Below, piece by piece: positions 1 through 10,692 of a stretch of 62,396 bases of DNA. A program made the position numbers and the translations under genes. Source of the stretch: an uncultured Bacilli bacterium (lineage in GTDB: Bacteria > Bacillota_I > Bacilli_A > RF39 > UBA660). The stretch is from contig CALVRI010000004.1 of NCBI GenBank assembly GCA_944358525.1, positions 1 through 62,396 on the forward strand, read 5' to 3'. Below the pieces are notes generated by a model. The model saw only the letters and a list, made by a program, of their open reading frames with translations. It was not told the DNA's origin and did no database searches. Position 1 is the stretch's first letter. The number at the start of each line of letters is the position of its first letter.

Positions 1-302
1 GGATAACGATAACTAAAGTCTTGAGCCATACGAACCATAGCTTCATATATACTTGAATCACCGTGTGGGTGATAATTTCCCATTACTTCTCCGACGGTTT
101 TCGCGCTTTTCTTGTGTGGTTTATCTGGAGTATATCCAGATTCATACATTGAATATAAAATACGACGATGTACAGGTTTTAGACCATCCCTTAAATCTGG
201 CAAAGCTCTTGATTTGATGACACTCATGGAATATTCAATAAATGAAGATTCTATTTCATTTACAATATTATTTTCTTCTAATCTATCTCTTGTATGATCC
301 AT
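1..302 (-). CDS. gyrA: DNA gyrase subunit A, N-terminal fragment (runs off window start)
   Basis: My reverse-strand translation from the ATG (complement of 300-302) reads [54 protein letters not shown]...[20 protein letters not shown], the conserved GyrA N-terminus. A GGAGGT RBS is the complement of 308-313. The gene lies directly downstream of gyrB. It is truncated, so it is absent from the ORF track. Confidence 0.9.
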   Translation of the reverse strand, partial: MDHTRDRLEENNIVNEIESSFIEYSMSVIKSRALPDLRDGLKPVHRRILYSMYESGYTPDKPHKKSAKTVGEVMGNYHPHGDSSIYEAMVRMAQDFSYRY

Positions 303-312
303 AAGTTACCTC

Positions 313-3353
<3,041 letters not shown>

Positions 3354-3451
3354 GGTTACCTCACTACCTAATTTTTTAGCTATTATTTTTGAATTATAGT
3401 GTTTTACATACTCCTATACCTCATAACCATTATACCACAAAATGGGCTTAA

Positions 3452-3484
3452 AAACGCAAAAATAGGCGAAATAAGGCCTATTTT
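3452..3484 (-). terminator. Hairpin plus T-run downstream of the ComK-like gene
   Basis: AAAATAGGC / GCCTATTTT stem (3458-3467 pairs with 3476-3484) flanked by A and T runs, located just after the stop at 3499 on the minus strand. A TGgTATAAT-like extended -10 for recF follows (complement of about 3428-3442). Confidence 0.55.
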
Positions 3485-3498
3485 AGAGTAGTTTTTTA

Positions 3499-3948
3499 TT
3501 ATTTTTTTCTACTTTTTAAAATTAATAGTAATTTGGTAGCTCTCAACACTTGATTTTCAAAAGATTCATATGAAATATTTAAGTCAATAGATGTATTATT
3601 TTGAAAAATGACTTTTACGTGGTTTTCTTCTCTTTTATAATTGGAAATATTGTTTAACGATATCCATGCGCAAGTATCACTTTCATAAGATGTGGTTGGG
3701 AAAAAGATCATTTCTCTAGATTCTTCAATAATAATAGGTAATTTATATTTACTACCTAAGGCACTTTTTGAACCACATAATCTTCCTTTGAATGAACTTC
3801 CATAATAAGCACAGCTATAATCGATAATGTTTGAGACAGAATAGGGGACATTTATAATATTGTAAGTCTCGATTATTCTTGTGGAAAAATCATTATTTGG
3901 TATAAGTGCGCATGTAGAACTATTAATTTCATACTTTTCTGTATACAT
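3499..3948 (-). CDS. comK: ComK-family competence transcription factor homolog
   Basis: 149 aa. It aligns by eye with B. subtilis ComK: YEINSSTCALIP ~ YEVNGATIAVLP, SCAYYGSSFKGR ~ SCRFFGSSYAGR, IFFPTTS...CAWIS ~ LFPTLS...CGWIS, ISYESFENQVLRA ~ ISYNSFENQVYRT. Confidence 0.8.
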   Translation of the reverse strand: MYTEKYEINSSTCALIPNNDFSTRIIETYNIINVPYSVSNIIDYSCAYYGSSFKGRLCGSKSALGSKYKLPIIIEESREMIFFPTTSYESDTCAWISLNNISNYKREENHVKVIFQNNTSIDLNISYESFENQVLRATKLLLILKSRKK

Positions 3949-4029
3949 AAATCCTCCTCGTCTTTAAAAGACAATATTCTTATACTCATAATTTAGGTCG
4001 ATTTTTGCCACATTTTGTCGACAAAGGTA

Positions 4030-4066
4030 ATTTTTTAAAAAAAAAGAACTTTTTTAGTAAGTTCTT
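4030..4066 (-). terminator. dnaN terminator overlapping its stop codon
   Basis: AAGAACT / AGTTCTT stem (4044-4050 with 4060-4066), followed on the minus strand by a long T-run (complement of the A-run at about 4030-4044). Confidence 0.55.
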
Positions 4067-5175
4067 ATTGGTAAAATTAATTGAATTAAGTCATCACTCT
4101 CGACATTTTTAAGGATTATTGGTTTAATTTCTCCATTGAACATTAGTTCTATTTCTTCTGATTCAAGGGATTTTACGGCATCCATCATGAATTTTGAATT
4201 AAAGGCTATTTTTATTTCACTATCATTATCTTTTTCCACAATAATTTTTTCTTCAACATTTCCGATTTCTGGAATATTTGAAGAAATTATAGCTGTATCG
4301 TTATTTGTTTCAAATTTAATAGTGTTTTTATCACTTTCATTAGTTAATAGGGATGCTCGATCGATAGCACTATATAAATCATCATATTTAACTTTCATTG
4401 TTAATTCATATGTTTCAGGAATTAATTTAGAAGTATCTGGATAAGTACCACTGATTAATCTTGTCATCATGGTTATTTGGCCAAATTTAAAGACAACTTT
4501 GTTGGCAAAGATATGCATTTCTAGATCTTCTTCATCTTCATTCATAAGTTTAACTAATTCATTTAAGTTTTTAGTTGGAATAATAATATTGGAGTTTTCC
4601 ACAGCATTACTTTCTAATGTTATTTTTTTAACAGCTAATCTATATGAATCAGTTGCGGTACATTCTAAGGTATTTCCTTCGATTTTAAAGTTAATACCGG
4701 TTAAAACAGGTCTTTGTTCACTAGTTGATGTAGCAAATGATGTTTGGTTTATAATTGTTTTAAATAATTTTTGATTTAAAATAATTGGATTTTGATTAAA
4801 TTCTAATTCTAGATCTGGAAATTCATTAACATTACTACAATTTAAAGTAAATGATGAGTTATTGGTTGTTATATATAGTTTTGAATCAATAACTTCTTCT
4901 AGGTTTATTATTTCATCTGGAAGTTTTCTGATTATTTCATATATATATCTTCCTGATACAACTATTTCTCCTGTAGTATCAATTTTATTTATATCTTTTT
5001 TATCGATAAAGGTTTTAATAGATATTTCACTATCAGTACTCATTAAATATAATCCTTCATCAGTTAGTTCAAATTTAATACAGTTTAAAATAGGTCTTAA
5101 ATTTTTAGTTGATATTCCTCTTATGACATAATTTAAATGTTCTAAAAGAACGTTTTGTTTAATTTCTAATTTCAT
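4054..5175 (-). CDS. dnaN: DNA polymerase III beta sliding clamp
   Basis: 373-aa ORF immediately downstream of dnaA. The three-domain clamp length and an N-terminus MKLEIKQNVLLEHLNYV are typical of DnaN. Confidence 0.94.
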   Translation of the reverse strand: MKLEIKQNVLLEHLNYVIRGISTKNLRPILNCIKFELTDEGLYLMSTDSEISIKTFIDKKDINKIDTTGEIVVSGRYIYEIIRKLPDEIINLEEVIDSKLYITTNNSSFTLNCSNVNEFPDLELEFNQNPIILNQKLFKTIINQTSFATSTSEQRPVLTGINFKIEGNTLECTATDSYRLAVKKITLESNAVENSNIIIPTKNLNELVKLMNEDEEDLEMHIFANKVVFKFGQITMMTRLISGTYPDTSKLIPETYELTMKVKYDDLYSAIDRASLLTNESDKNTIKFETNNDTAIISSNIPEIGNVEEKIIVEKDNDSEIKIAFNSKFMMDAVKSLESEEIELMFNGEIKPIILKNVESDDLIQLILPIRTY

Positions 5176-5227
5176 AACAAATCACTCCTTTGTTTTTATT
5201 ATTTTAAATATTATTTCTTATTATTGA

Positions 5228-5312
5228 TGTGGATAAAGGTGGAAAAGTATAATTTTACATTGTAATTAAATAAATTTAACACGGTTTACACTATGTGGAT
5301 AACTGTGGAAAA
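5228..5312. promoter_or_regulatory. DnaA-box cluster in the dnaA-dnaN spacer (second oriC half)
   Basis: Perfect TGTGGATAA (complement of TTATCCACA) at 5228-5236 and 5294-5302. TGTGGAAAA at 5304-5312. Confidence 0.7.
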
Positions 5313-5327
5313 AATTAACAATATCCA

Positions 5328-6671
5328 CTATTTTATCTGGTTGATAATTTTAGATATTTCCACTTCAAGGTTTTTATCTTTTTTTAGTTCTCTTTTTATC
5401 TTAGCTACTGAGTGCATTACGGTTGTGTGGTCTTTTCCGCCAAATTCACTACCTATTTTTGGTAATGATTCTTTTAGGTGCTCGCGGCAAATGTACATAC
5501 CAATTTGTCTTGGTACAGCTATTTTTGAAAGTCTTTTTTTAGATTTTATATCTTCCACAGTAATATTATAGTTATTTGCAACTAATTGAATTACTTGATC
5601 TATTTTATTTCTAGATATGATATTTTTTCCAATATAATCCTTTAAGGCTTCAACAGCGAGATCTAATGTAATTTCAGAACCATTCATTATTGTAGCATAA
5701 GCAAAGACTCTTGTTAATGCTCCTTCAAGTTTTCGAATATCAGTTGTACAGTTACCCACAATATATTCTTTAACTTCTTCTGGAACATAACTACCAATTC
5801 CTTGAGATTCAATCTTTTTATTTAAAATAGCCATTCTAAGTTCGAAGTCTGGAGGTAAGATATCAATAGTTAATCCCCAGTTGAATCTCGTTCTTAATCT
5901 TTCTTCTAGTTTTTTTAAATCATCTGGTGAACGGTCTGAAGAAATAATAATTTGTTTGTTTTTTGTGTGAAGTTCATTAAAGGTGTTGAAAAATTCTTGT
6001 TGTGTTTTACTAGCTATTTCTAAGTATTGAATATCATCAATCATCAAAACATCGATGTCACGATATTTTCTTTTAAAGTTATCCACAGCCTTAAAATTAC
6101 TCGTTTCATTCTTTCTATATATATTAAGAAAGTCATCGACAAACTTTTCACTTGTGACATATAAAACTTTTTTATTTGATGTAGCCATTATATAGTTACC
6201 AATTGCATGCATTAAATGAGTTTTTCCAAGTCCACTATTTCCATATATAAATAGAGGATTATACATTGCTCCAGGTTTTTCGGCTACTGCAAGTCCAATT
6301 GCTTTAGCAAATTTATTACTTTCACCTGATATAAAATTTTCAAAGGTGTATTTATTATCTAGACCACTTTCAAAAATGGCTTCATTGTTTTCGGCTACTT
6401 CAGTTTGGGGTTTATCTTCAGTTACTTCATCTGGAGTAACATATTTAAATTTAAAGATAGATCCAGTAACTTCCATAAATGTTTCTTTAATAATTTCTCC
6501 ATAGTTTTCTTGCAAATGTTTTTTATGTACATCTAGTGGTACTTCAACTATGGCATATTCATTATTTAAATCAATTAATTTTGTGTCTTGGAACCAAGTT
6601 TGAAATAAAACAGGTTTTAATTTTATCTCAATTTTAGATAAAAAAACGGACCACATATTTTCTAAATCCAT
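5328..6671 (-). CDS. dnaA: Chromosomal replication initiator DnaA
   Basis: 447 aa with AAA+ Walker A GNSGLGKTHL, Walker B LMIDDIQ and the C-terminal DNA-binding signature FGGKDHTTVMHS. Confidence 0.97.
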   Translation of the reverse strand: MDLENMWSVFLSKIEIKLKPVLFQTWFQDTKLIDLNNEYAIVEVPLDVHKKHLQENYGEIIKETFMEVTGSIFKFKYVTPDEVTEDKPQTEVAENNEAIFESGLDNKYTFENFISGESNKFAKAIGLAVAEKPGAMYNPLFIYGNSGLGKTHLMHAIGNYIMATSNKKVLYVTSEKFVDDFLNIYRKNETSNFKAVDNFKRKYRDIDVLMIDDIQYLEIASKTQQEFFNTFNELHTKNKQIIISSDRSPDDLKKLEERLRTRFNWGLTIDILPPDFELRMAILNKKIESQGIGSYVPEEVKEYIVGNCTTDIRKLEGALTRVFAYATIMNGSEITLDLAVEALKDYIGKNIISRNKIDQVIQLVANNYNITVEDIKSKKRLSKIAVPRQIGMYICREHLKESLPKIGSEFGGKDHTTVMHSVAKIKRELKKDKNLEVEISKIINQIK

Positions 6672-7038
6672 ACTACTACCCCCATAGTTATAAACAATCT
6701 ATATTCATTTTACAATAAATTTACACAATTTTCTATAAAAACTGTGGAAAAAACGAAAAAAAGTTTTTAACAGGCTTTTTTTGTCGAAAAATGGTGGGTT
6801 TTGTAGACTTTCCACACAAATTGTGGATAAATAGTTTTGCACTTTTGTGCATAATTTATTATTTTACACATATGTTGAAAAATAGAAAAAATAGTTTATA
6901 ATATATGACATTTCGATGTGGAAATAAAAAGTGGATAAAATTGAAAATTTTTTTACTGTGGAAAATTCAGATGTTGCTTTTTTTAACAATTTTTGGTATA
7001 ATTTATGCAATTTTTTATGAATAAATTAGTTTAATAAA
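6672..7038. other. oriC: DnaA-box cluster plus AT-rich unwinding region upstream of dnaA
   Basis: Boxes at 6743-6751 (TGTGGAAAA), 6822-6830 (perfect TGTGGATAA), 6917-6925 (TGTGGAAAT), 6930-6938 (AGTGGATAA) and 6957-6965 (TGTGGAAAA). A TTTCCACA-type box lies on the other strand near 6808-6816. A very AT-rich tract follows (6966-7038). Gene orientation switches here. Confidence 0.8.
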
Positions 7039-7067
7039 TTGACAAATGTTACTTTTATCTATATAAT
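7039..7067 (+). promoter_or_regulatory. Sigma-A type promoter of the rpmH operon
   Basis: TTGACA (7039-7044), 17 nt spacer, TATAAT (7062-7067). Confidence 0.65.
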
Positions 7068-7106
7068 TTATTAAGCAATGTGAAAATTAATTAGGAGGTG
7101 TAACCA

Positions 7107-7232
7107 ATGTCTAAAAGAACATTTCAACCAAATACTCGTAAGAGAAGTAAAAAAATGGGATTTTTTGCGCGTATGAAAGCCGGTATTGTAAGTAGAAGAA
7201 GAAAAAAAGGCCGCAAGGTATTATCTCATTAA
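7107..7232 (+). CDS. rpmH: 50S ribosomal protein L34
   Basis: My translation is [41 protein letters not shown] (41 aa). The AGGAGG RBS is at 7093-7098. The ORF is too short for the ORF track. Confidence 0.92.
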   Translation: MSKRTFQPNTRKRSKKMGFFARMKAGIVSRRRKKGRKVLSH

Positions 7233-7235
7233 TTT

Positions 7236-7264
7236 GCCACTGCTGGCTATGCAGTGGCTTTATT
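7236..7264 (+). terminator. Hairpin plus T-tract between rpmH and rnpA (terminator or attenuator)
   Basis: GCCACTGC-TGGCTAT-GCAGTGGC (7236-7258) followed by TTTATT. Confidence 0.5.
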
Positions 7265-7284
7265 AGTAATTTAAGGGGAGCCAA

Positions 7285-7629
7285 ATGAAAAAAATTAATA
7301 TAGTTAAGGAAAATCGTGACTATAATAGAATTATTAAAGAAAATAGACCTTTTAAGTATAAAGATTATGTTATATATATAGATAAAAGGGAACCATCTAT
7401 TTATAGGTTTGGATTTTCGGTTGGTAAAAAGGTTGGCAATGCGGTAACAAGAAATCGTGTAAAAAGACAGATTAAAGCAATTGTTTCACAAAATGACTAT
7501 CAAAATGATTTTGATTGTATTATAATAGTTGGTAAAGGCATTTTAGATCGAAGTTTTAGTGAAATGCGTGATAATTTAAATTTTGCTTTAAAAAAATTAA
7601 AATTAGTAAAGGAGCGAAAAGATGCGTAA
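7285..7629 (+). CDS. rnpA: Ribonuclease P protein component
   Basis: 114 aa with the basic RNR motif GKKVGNAVTRNRVKRQIK. It has the conserved position after rpmH. Confidence 0.92.
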   Translation: MKKINIVKENRDYNRIIKENRPFKYKDYVIYIDKREPSIYRFGFSVGKKVGNAVTRNRVKRQIKAIVSQNDYQNDFDCIIIVGKGILDRSFSEMRDNLNFALKKLKLVKERKDA

Positions 7630-8638
7630 GAAAATAGGACTACTACTTTTAGTAGGATTGATGACACTTTCGCTGTCTGGTTGTACAACTTATGTTAAAG
7701 ATGAAAATGGAAATACTGTTAAAGAAGCAACGACAGGGCAAACATTAGCTTCTAACATATTATGTAAGCCAACAAATAAAGATGTTATTAAGACTTATGA
7801 AAAAAATGATGTAGATATTGATAAACTTCCAAGTTGTGATAAATTTACACCGGCTTCTGGAGAATATGGTGGAATTTGGGAAACAATATTTATTAAACCT
7901 TTAAGTTGGTTTATTATTAAGGTTGGAGAGATACTTGGTAATTATGGTTTAGCCATTATTGTAGTTACTTTAATTATTCGTTTGATTATTTTTCCAATTA
8001 GTAAAAAATCAGCTTTGCAATCTGAAAATATGAAGTTTGCTCAAAAAGATTTAGAAAAATTAGAAAGAAAATATCGTGGACGTGAGAGTCAAGAAGATCA
8101 AATGATGAAAGCACAAGAGATGATGGGTATATATAAGAAATATGATATAAACCCAATGTCTGGTTGTTTATTTGCTTTTATTCAGATGCCACTTTTCTTT
8201 GCTTTCTTAGAAAGTTTAAATAGATTACCTATTGTCTTTGAAGGAAAGTTCTTAGGATTTAATTTAGGAATGAGTCCTTTTGTTAGATTGTTTGGAGGAA
8301 GTTTTGATTTTTCAGTATTTTTAGATAGCTTTACTAATGGTGGTTGGATTTATTTATTATTACCAATTTTAGTAGCTTTAACAACATTCTTCTCATTTAG
8401 GTTAAATTCTGGTGTTAGTAGTGGTAGCGAAGAACAACAACACCAAATGAAGATAATGATGAATGTGATGCTTGTATTTATTGTAATTACTTCATTTACA
8501 ATGCCGACAAGTATTATATTATATTGGATTACTGGTAGTTTATTTACCATTATTCAAGCAGAAGTGATTAGGAGGATGAAAGAAAATGCTAGAGGTAGTG
8601 AAAAACGAATCAAAAAACAAAGAAGAAGCACTAAATAA
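7622..8638 (+). CDS. yidC: Membrane protein insertase YidC/SpoIIIJ-type lipoprotein
   Basis: Lipobox LSLSGC near the N-terminus and the YidC/Oxa1 core (GLAIIVVTLIIRLIIFPIS). It overlaps the rnpA stop. Confidence 0.9.
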   Translation: MRKKIGLLLLVGLMTLSLSGCTTYVKDENGNTVKEATTGQTLASNILCKPTNKDVIKTYEKNDVDIDKLPSCDKFTPASGEYGGIWETIFIKPLSWFIIKVGEILGNYGLAIIVVTLIIRLIIFPISKKSALQSENMKFAQKDLEKLERKYRGRESQEDQMMKAQEMMGIYKKYDINPMSGCLFAFIQMPLFFAFLESLNRLPIVFEGKFLGFNLGMSPFVRLFGGSFDFSVFLDSFTNGGWIYLLLPILVALTTFFSFRLNSGVSSGSEEQQHQMKIMMNVMLVFIVITSFTMPTSIILYWITGSLFTIIQAEVIRRMKENARGSEKRIKKQRRSTK

Positions 8639-9200
8639 GTGTTTAGAACAGTTAAATGTTAATTCAAATGAAGTTTATTCATATATGGAAGAAAGTGCTG
8701 CAGGACTTTTTGGTAAAAAAAAATATACAGTTTATGTTGTAACAAAATATGATGTTAAAGAATATGTTAAGGATTTTTTGAATAACCTAGCTAATAATAT
8801 GAATACTTCATTTAATGTGGAAGTTAATGAAAAAGATGGAGTTATTTCTGCTGTTATTGTTGCTGATGATAGTGGAGTGATGATTGGAAAAGAAGGAAAA
8901 ACTTTAAATGCTATTCAAACTATTTTAAGACAATCACTTAGAAAATACGGAAATTTTGATATTAAAGTTAATTTAGATATTTCTGGATATAAAGCTAAGA
9001 GAGAGAAAAATATCGAAAGAGAAGTTAAAAAAATAGCAAAAGAAGTTTTAAAAACTAAGATAGAAGCTAAATTAGACCCAATGAATTCTTATGAAAGAAG
9101 AATTGTTCATACAATAATTGCCGAATACGATGGTTTAGCTACTCAGAGTGAAGGCGAAGCTCCTAATAGATATGTAGTTATTAAGATTAAGGAAGATTAA
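8586..9200 (+). CDS. jag: Jag/KhpB RNA-binding protein (Jag_N, KH, R3H)
   Basis: KH GXXG element IGKEGKTLNAIQ and R3H-like MNSYERRIVH. The start overlaps the yidC 3' end by 53 nt. Confidence 0.85.
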   Translation: MLEVVKNESKNKEEALNKCLEQLNVNSNEVYSYMEESAAGLFGKKKYTVYVVTKYDVKEYVKDFLNNLANNMNTSFNVEVNEKDGVISAVIVADDSGVMIGKEGKTLNAIQTILRQSLRKYGNFDIKVNLDISGYKAKREKNIEREVKKIAKEVLKTKIEAKLDPMNSYERRIVHTIIAEYDGLATQSEGEAPNRYVVIKIKED

Positions 9201-9230
9201 GTTCTTTCTTTTTTGTTATATTAAAAAAAC

Positions 9231-9479
9231 TTAGATATCTTTTCTATCTAAGTCTTTAGCTGTGAATGTTTCTCCAGTAATATTATTTTTAAAATATATA
9301 GAGTAGTCACATAATGTGGCTATTTTTTCTATTGTTTCAAAATTTATGTCTGTTGTTTCAGTTTCATATCTAGAAAGTGTATTTTGTTTTGTATTTATTA
9401 ATTTTGCTATTTCATTTTGCTTTAATTTTTTATTATTTCTCATATATTTTAATACTTTGCCTATCATATATATCACCAA
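9231..9479 (-). CDS. XRE-family helix-turn-helix regulator
   Basis: 82 aa with an HTH_3-like KLKQNEIAKLINTKQNTLSRYETE. It is divergent from the 9583 gene. Confidence 0.8.
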   Translation of the reverse strand: MVIYMIGKVLKYMRNNKKLKQNEIAKLINTKQNTLSRYETETTDINFETIEKIATLCDYSIYFKNNITGETFTAKDLDRKDI

Positions 9480-9485
9480 TTAGAT

Positions 9486-9570
9486 TATCCAACAATTGGA
9501 TATAGTTGTCTTGACATATCCAGTAACTGGATATATAATTTTTTTGTAGTATATATCCTAAAATTGGATA
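9486..9570. promoter_or_regulatory. Divergent control region: promoter with three TATCCA..TGGATA-type inverted repeats
   Basis: TTGACA (9511-9516), 17 nt spacer, TATAAT (9534-9539). A perfect 9-bp-arm palindrome ATATCCAGT-A-ACTGGATAT (9516-9534) fills the spacer. Further inverted repeats are TATCCAA-CAA-TTGGATA (9486-9502) and TATCCTA..TTGGATA (9554-9570). Confidence 0.6.
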
Positions 9571-9582
9571 AAAGGAGAACTT

Positions 9583-10602
9583 ATGAAAAAAATAGGAAGA
9601 TATAGGAGAAAAAAACAAAGAAAAATATTAATAATAGGAAGTTTATCATTACTTTTATTTTTGTGTGTCGGATATGCGGCTTTTAGTACTAATTTAAGTT
9701 TGAAAGCAAAAGGTAATATAAAATGTAATTCTATAAATGTAGAGAGTTTGAAAAAATTAGTTGTTACATCAGGAGATGGTTTATATAAGGATATTACCGA
9801 TGAATATCGATATATATATAAAGGGACAAATCCTAATAATTTTTTACAATTTGATAATATTTTATATAGAATTATTTCTATTGAAGAAGATAATTCTATT
9901 AAAGTTGTTAGGCAATATCCTATTATACAGAATGCTTTTGATAAAGCTGGAACTAGATATTTAGAAAATAGTTATTGTGGTACTGATATAGTTAATACAT
10001 GGGGGTGTAATGTATGGGGCTCTAAAACTACAATTGTTGATGAATATGGTAACCATGTATCAAAAATGGCATATAGTGATGATAATAATTTATATGAACT
10101 TCCGTCTGATGAAGCTTATTTGAATAAATATTTAAATTTAGACTGGTTTAATTCGTTAAATGATAAGATTAAAGTGAAAATAATTTCTCATAGATTTAAT
10201 GTTGGACATGTAGATATAACTAAAAATCAAAATATAGAGTTGGATATTAAAGATGAAAAAAAATATGGTTGGAATGGTAAAATTGGTCTTATAAATATCA
10301 CTGATTATGTTAAGGCTAGTAATAATATAGAGTGTATTAATGTTTATTCTTCAAGTACTTATGGTGGTAATAAATGTAGTAAAAATAATTATTTAAACAA
10401 GAGTGAAGAATATTTAGTGCAGTGGACTATTAATCCTAGTAAAAATTCTAGATCTGATACAATAGATATTATTCCTTTGGAAGGTTCAGAAAAAGTTGGA
10501 TCTATTGGCAATATATATGCCTTTCCTTCTTTTTTTCTTTCTAATTCAATAGAATTATGTGGACAAGGTACAGAACAAAATCCTTACTACATAATAGACT
10601 AA
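9583..10602 (+). CDS. Secreted or surface protein of unknown function with a conserved leader (RKKQRK, TM, GYAAFSTNLS)
   Basis: 339 aa with a basic N-terminus and one hydrophobic segment. The leader is nearly identical to that of the ORF at 47490. The rest is a Cys-containing globular domain. Confidence 0.6.
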   Translation: MKKIGRYRRKKQRKILIIGSLSLLLFLCVGYAAFSTNLSLKAKGNIKCNSINVESLKKLVVTSGDGLYKDITDEYRYIYKGTNPNNFLQFDNILYRIISIEEDNSIKVVRQYPIIQNAFDKAGTRYLENSYCGTDIVNTWGCNVWGSKTTIVDEYGNHVSKMAYSDDNNLYELPSDEAYLNKYLNLDWFNSLNDKIKVKIISHRFNVGHVDITKNQNIELDIKDEKKYGWNGKIGLINITDYVKASNNIECINVYSSSTYGGNKCSKNNYLNKSEEYLVQWTINPSKNSRSDTIDIIPLEGSEKVGSIGNIYAFPSFFLSNSIELCGQGTEQNPYYIID

Positions 10603-10692
10603 TGTCATTAAAATGTTAAGAAGATTAATTTCTTCTTTTTGTGTGTTTAAATACCTTTACCTTTGTGCTATTATTTATAATAGAGGTGGAGT

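Noticed and set aside
112-297. 61-aa plus-strand ORF at the window start.
   Set aside because: It lies opposite the strongly conserved GyrA N-terminal coding sequence.
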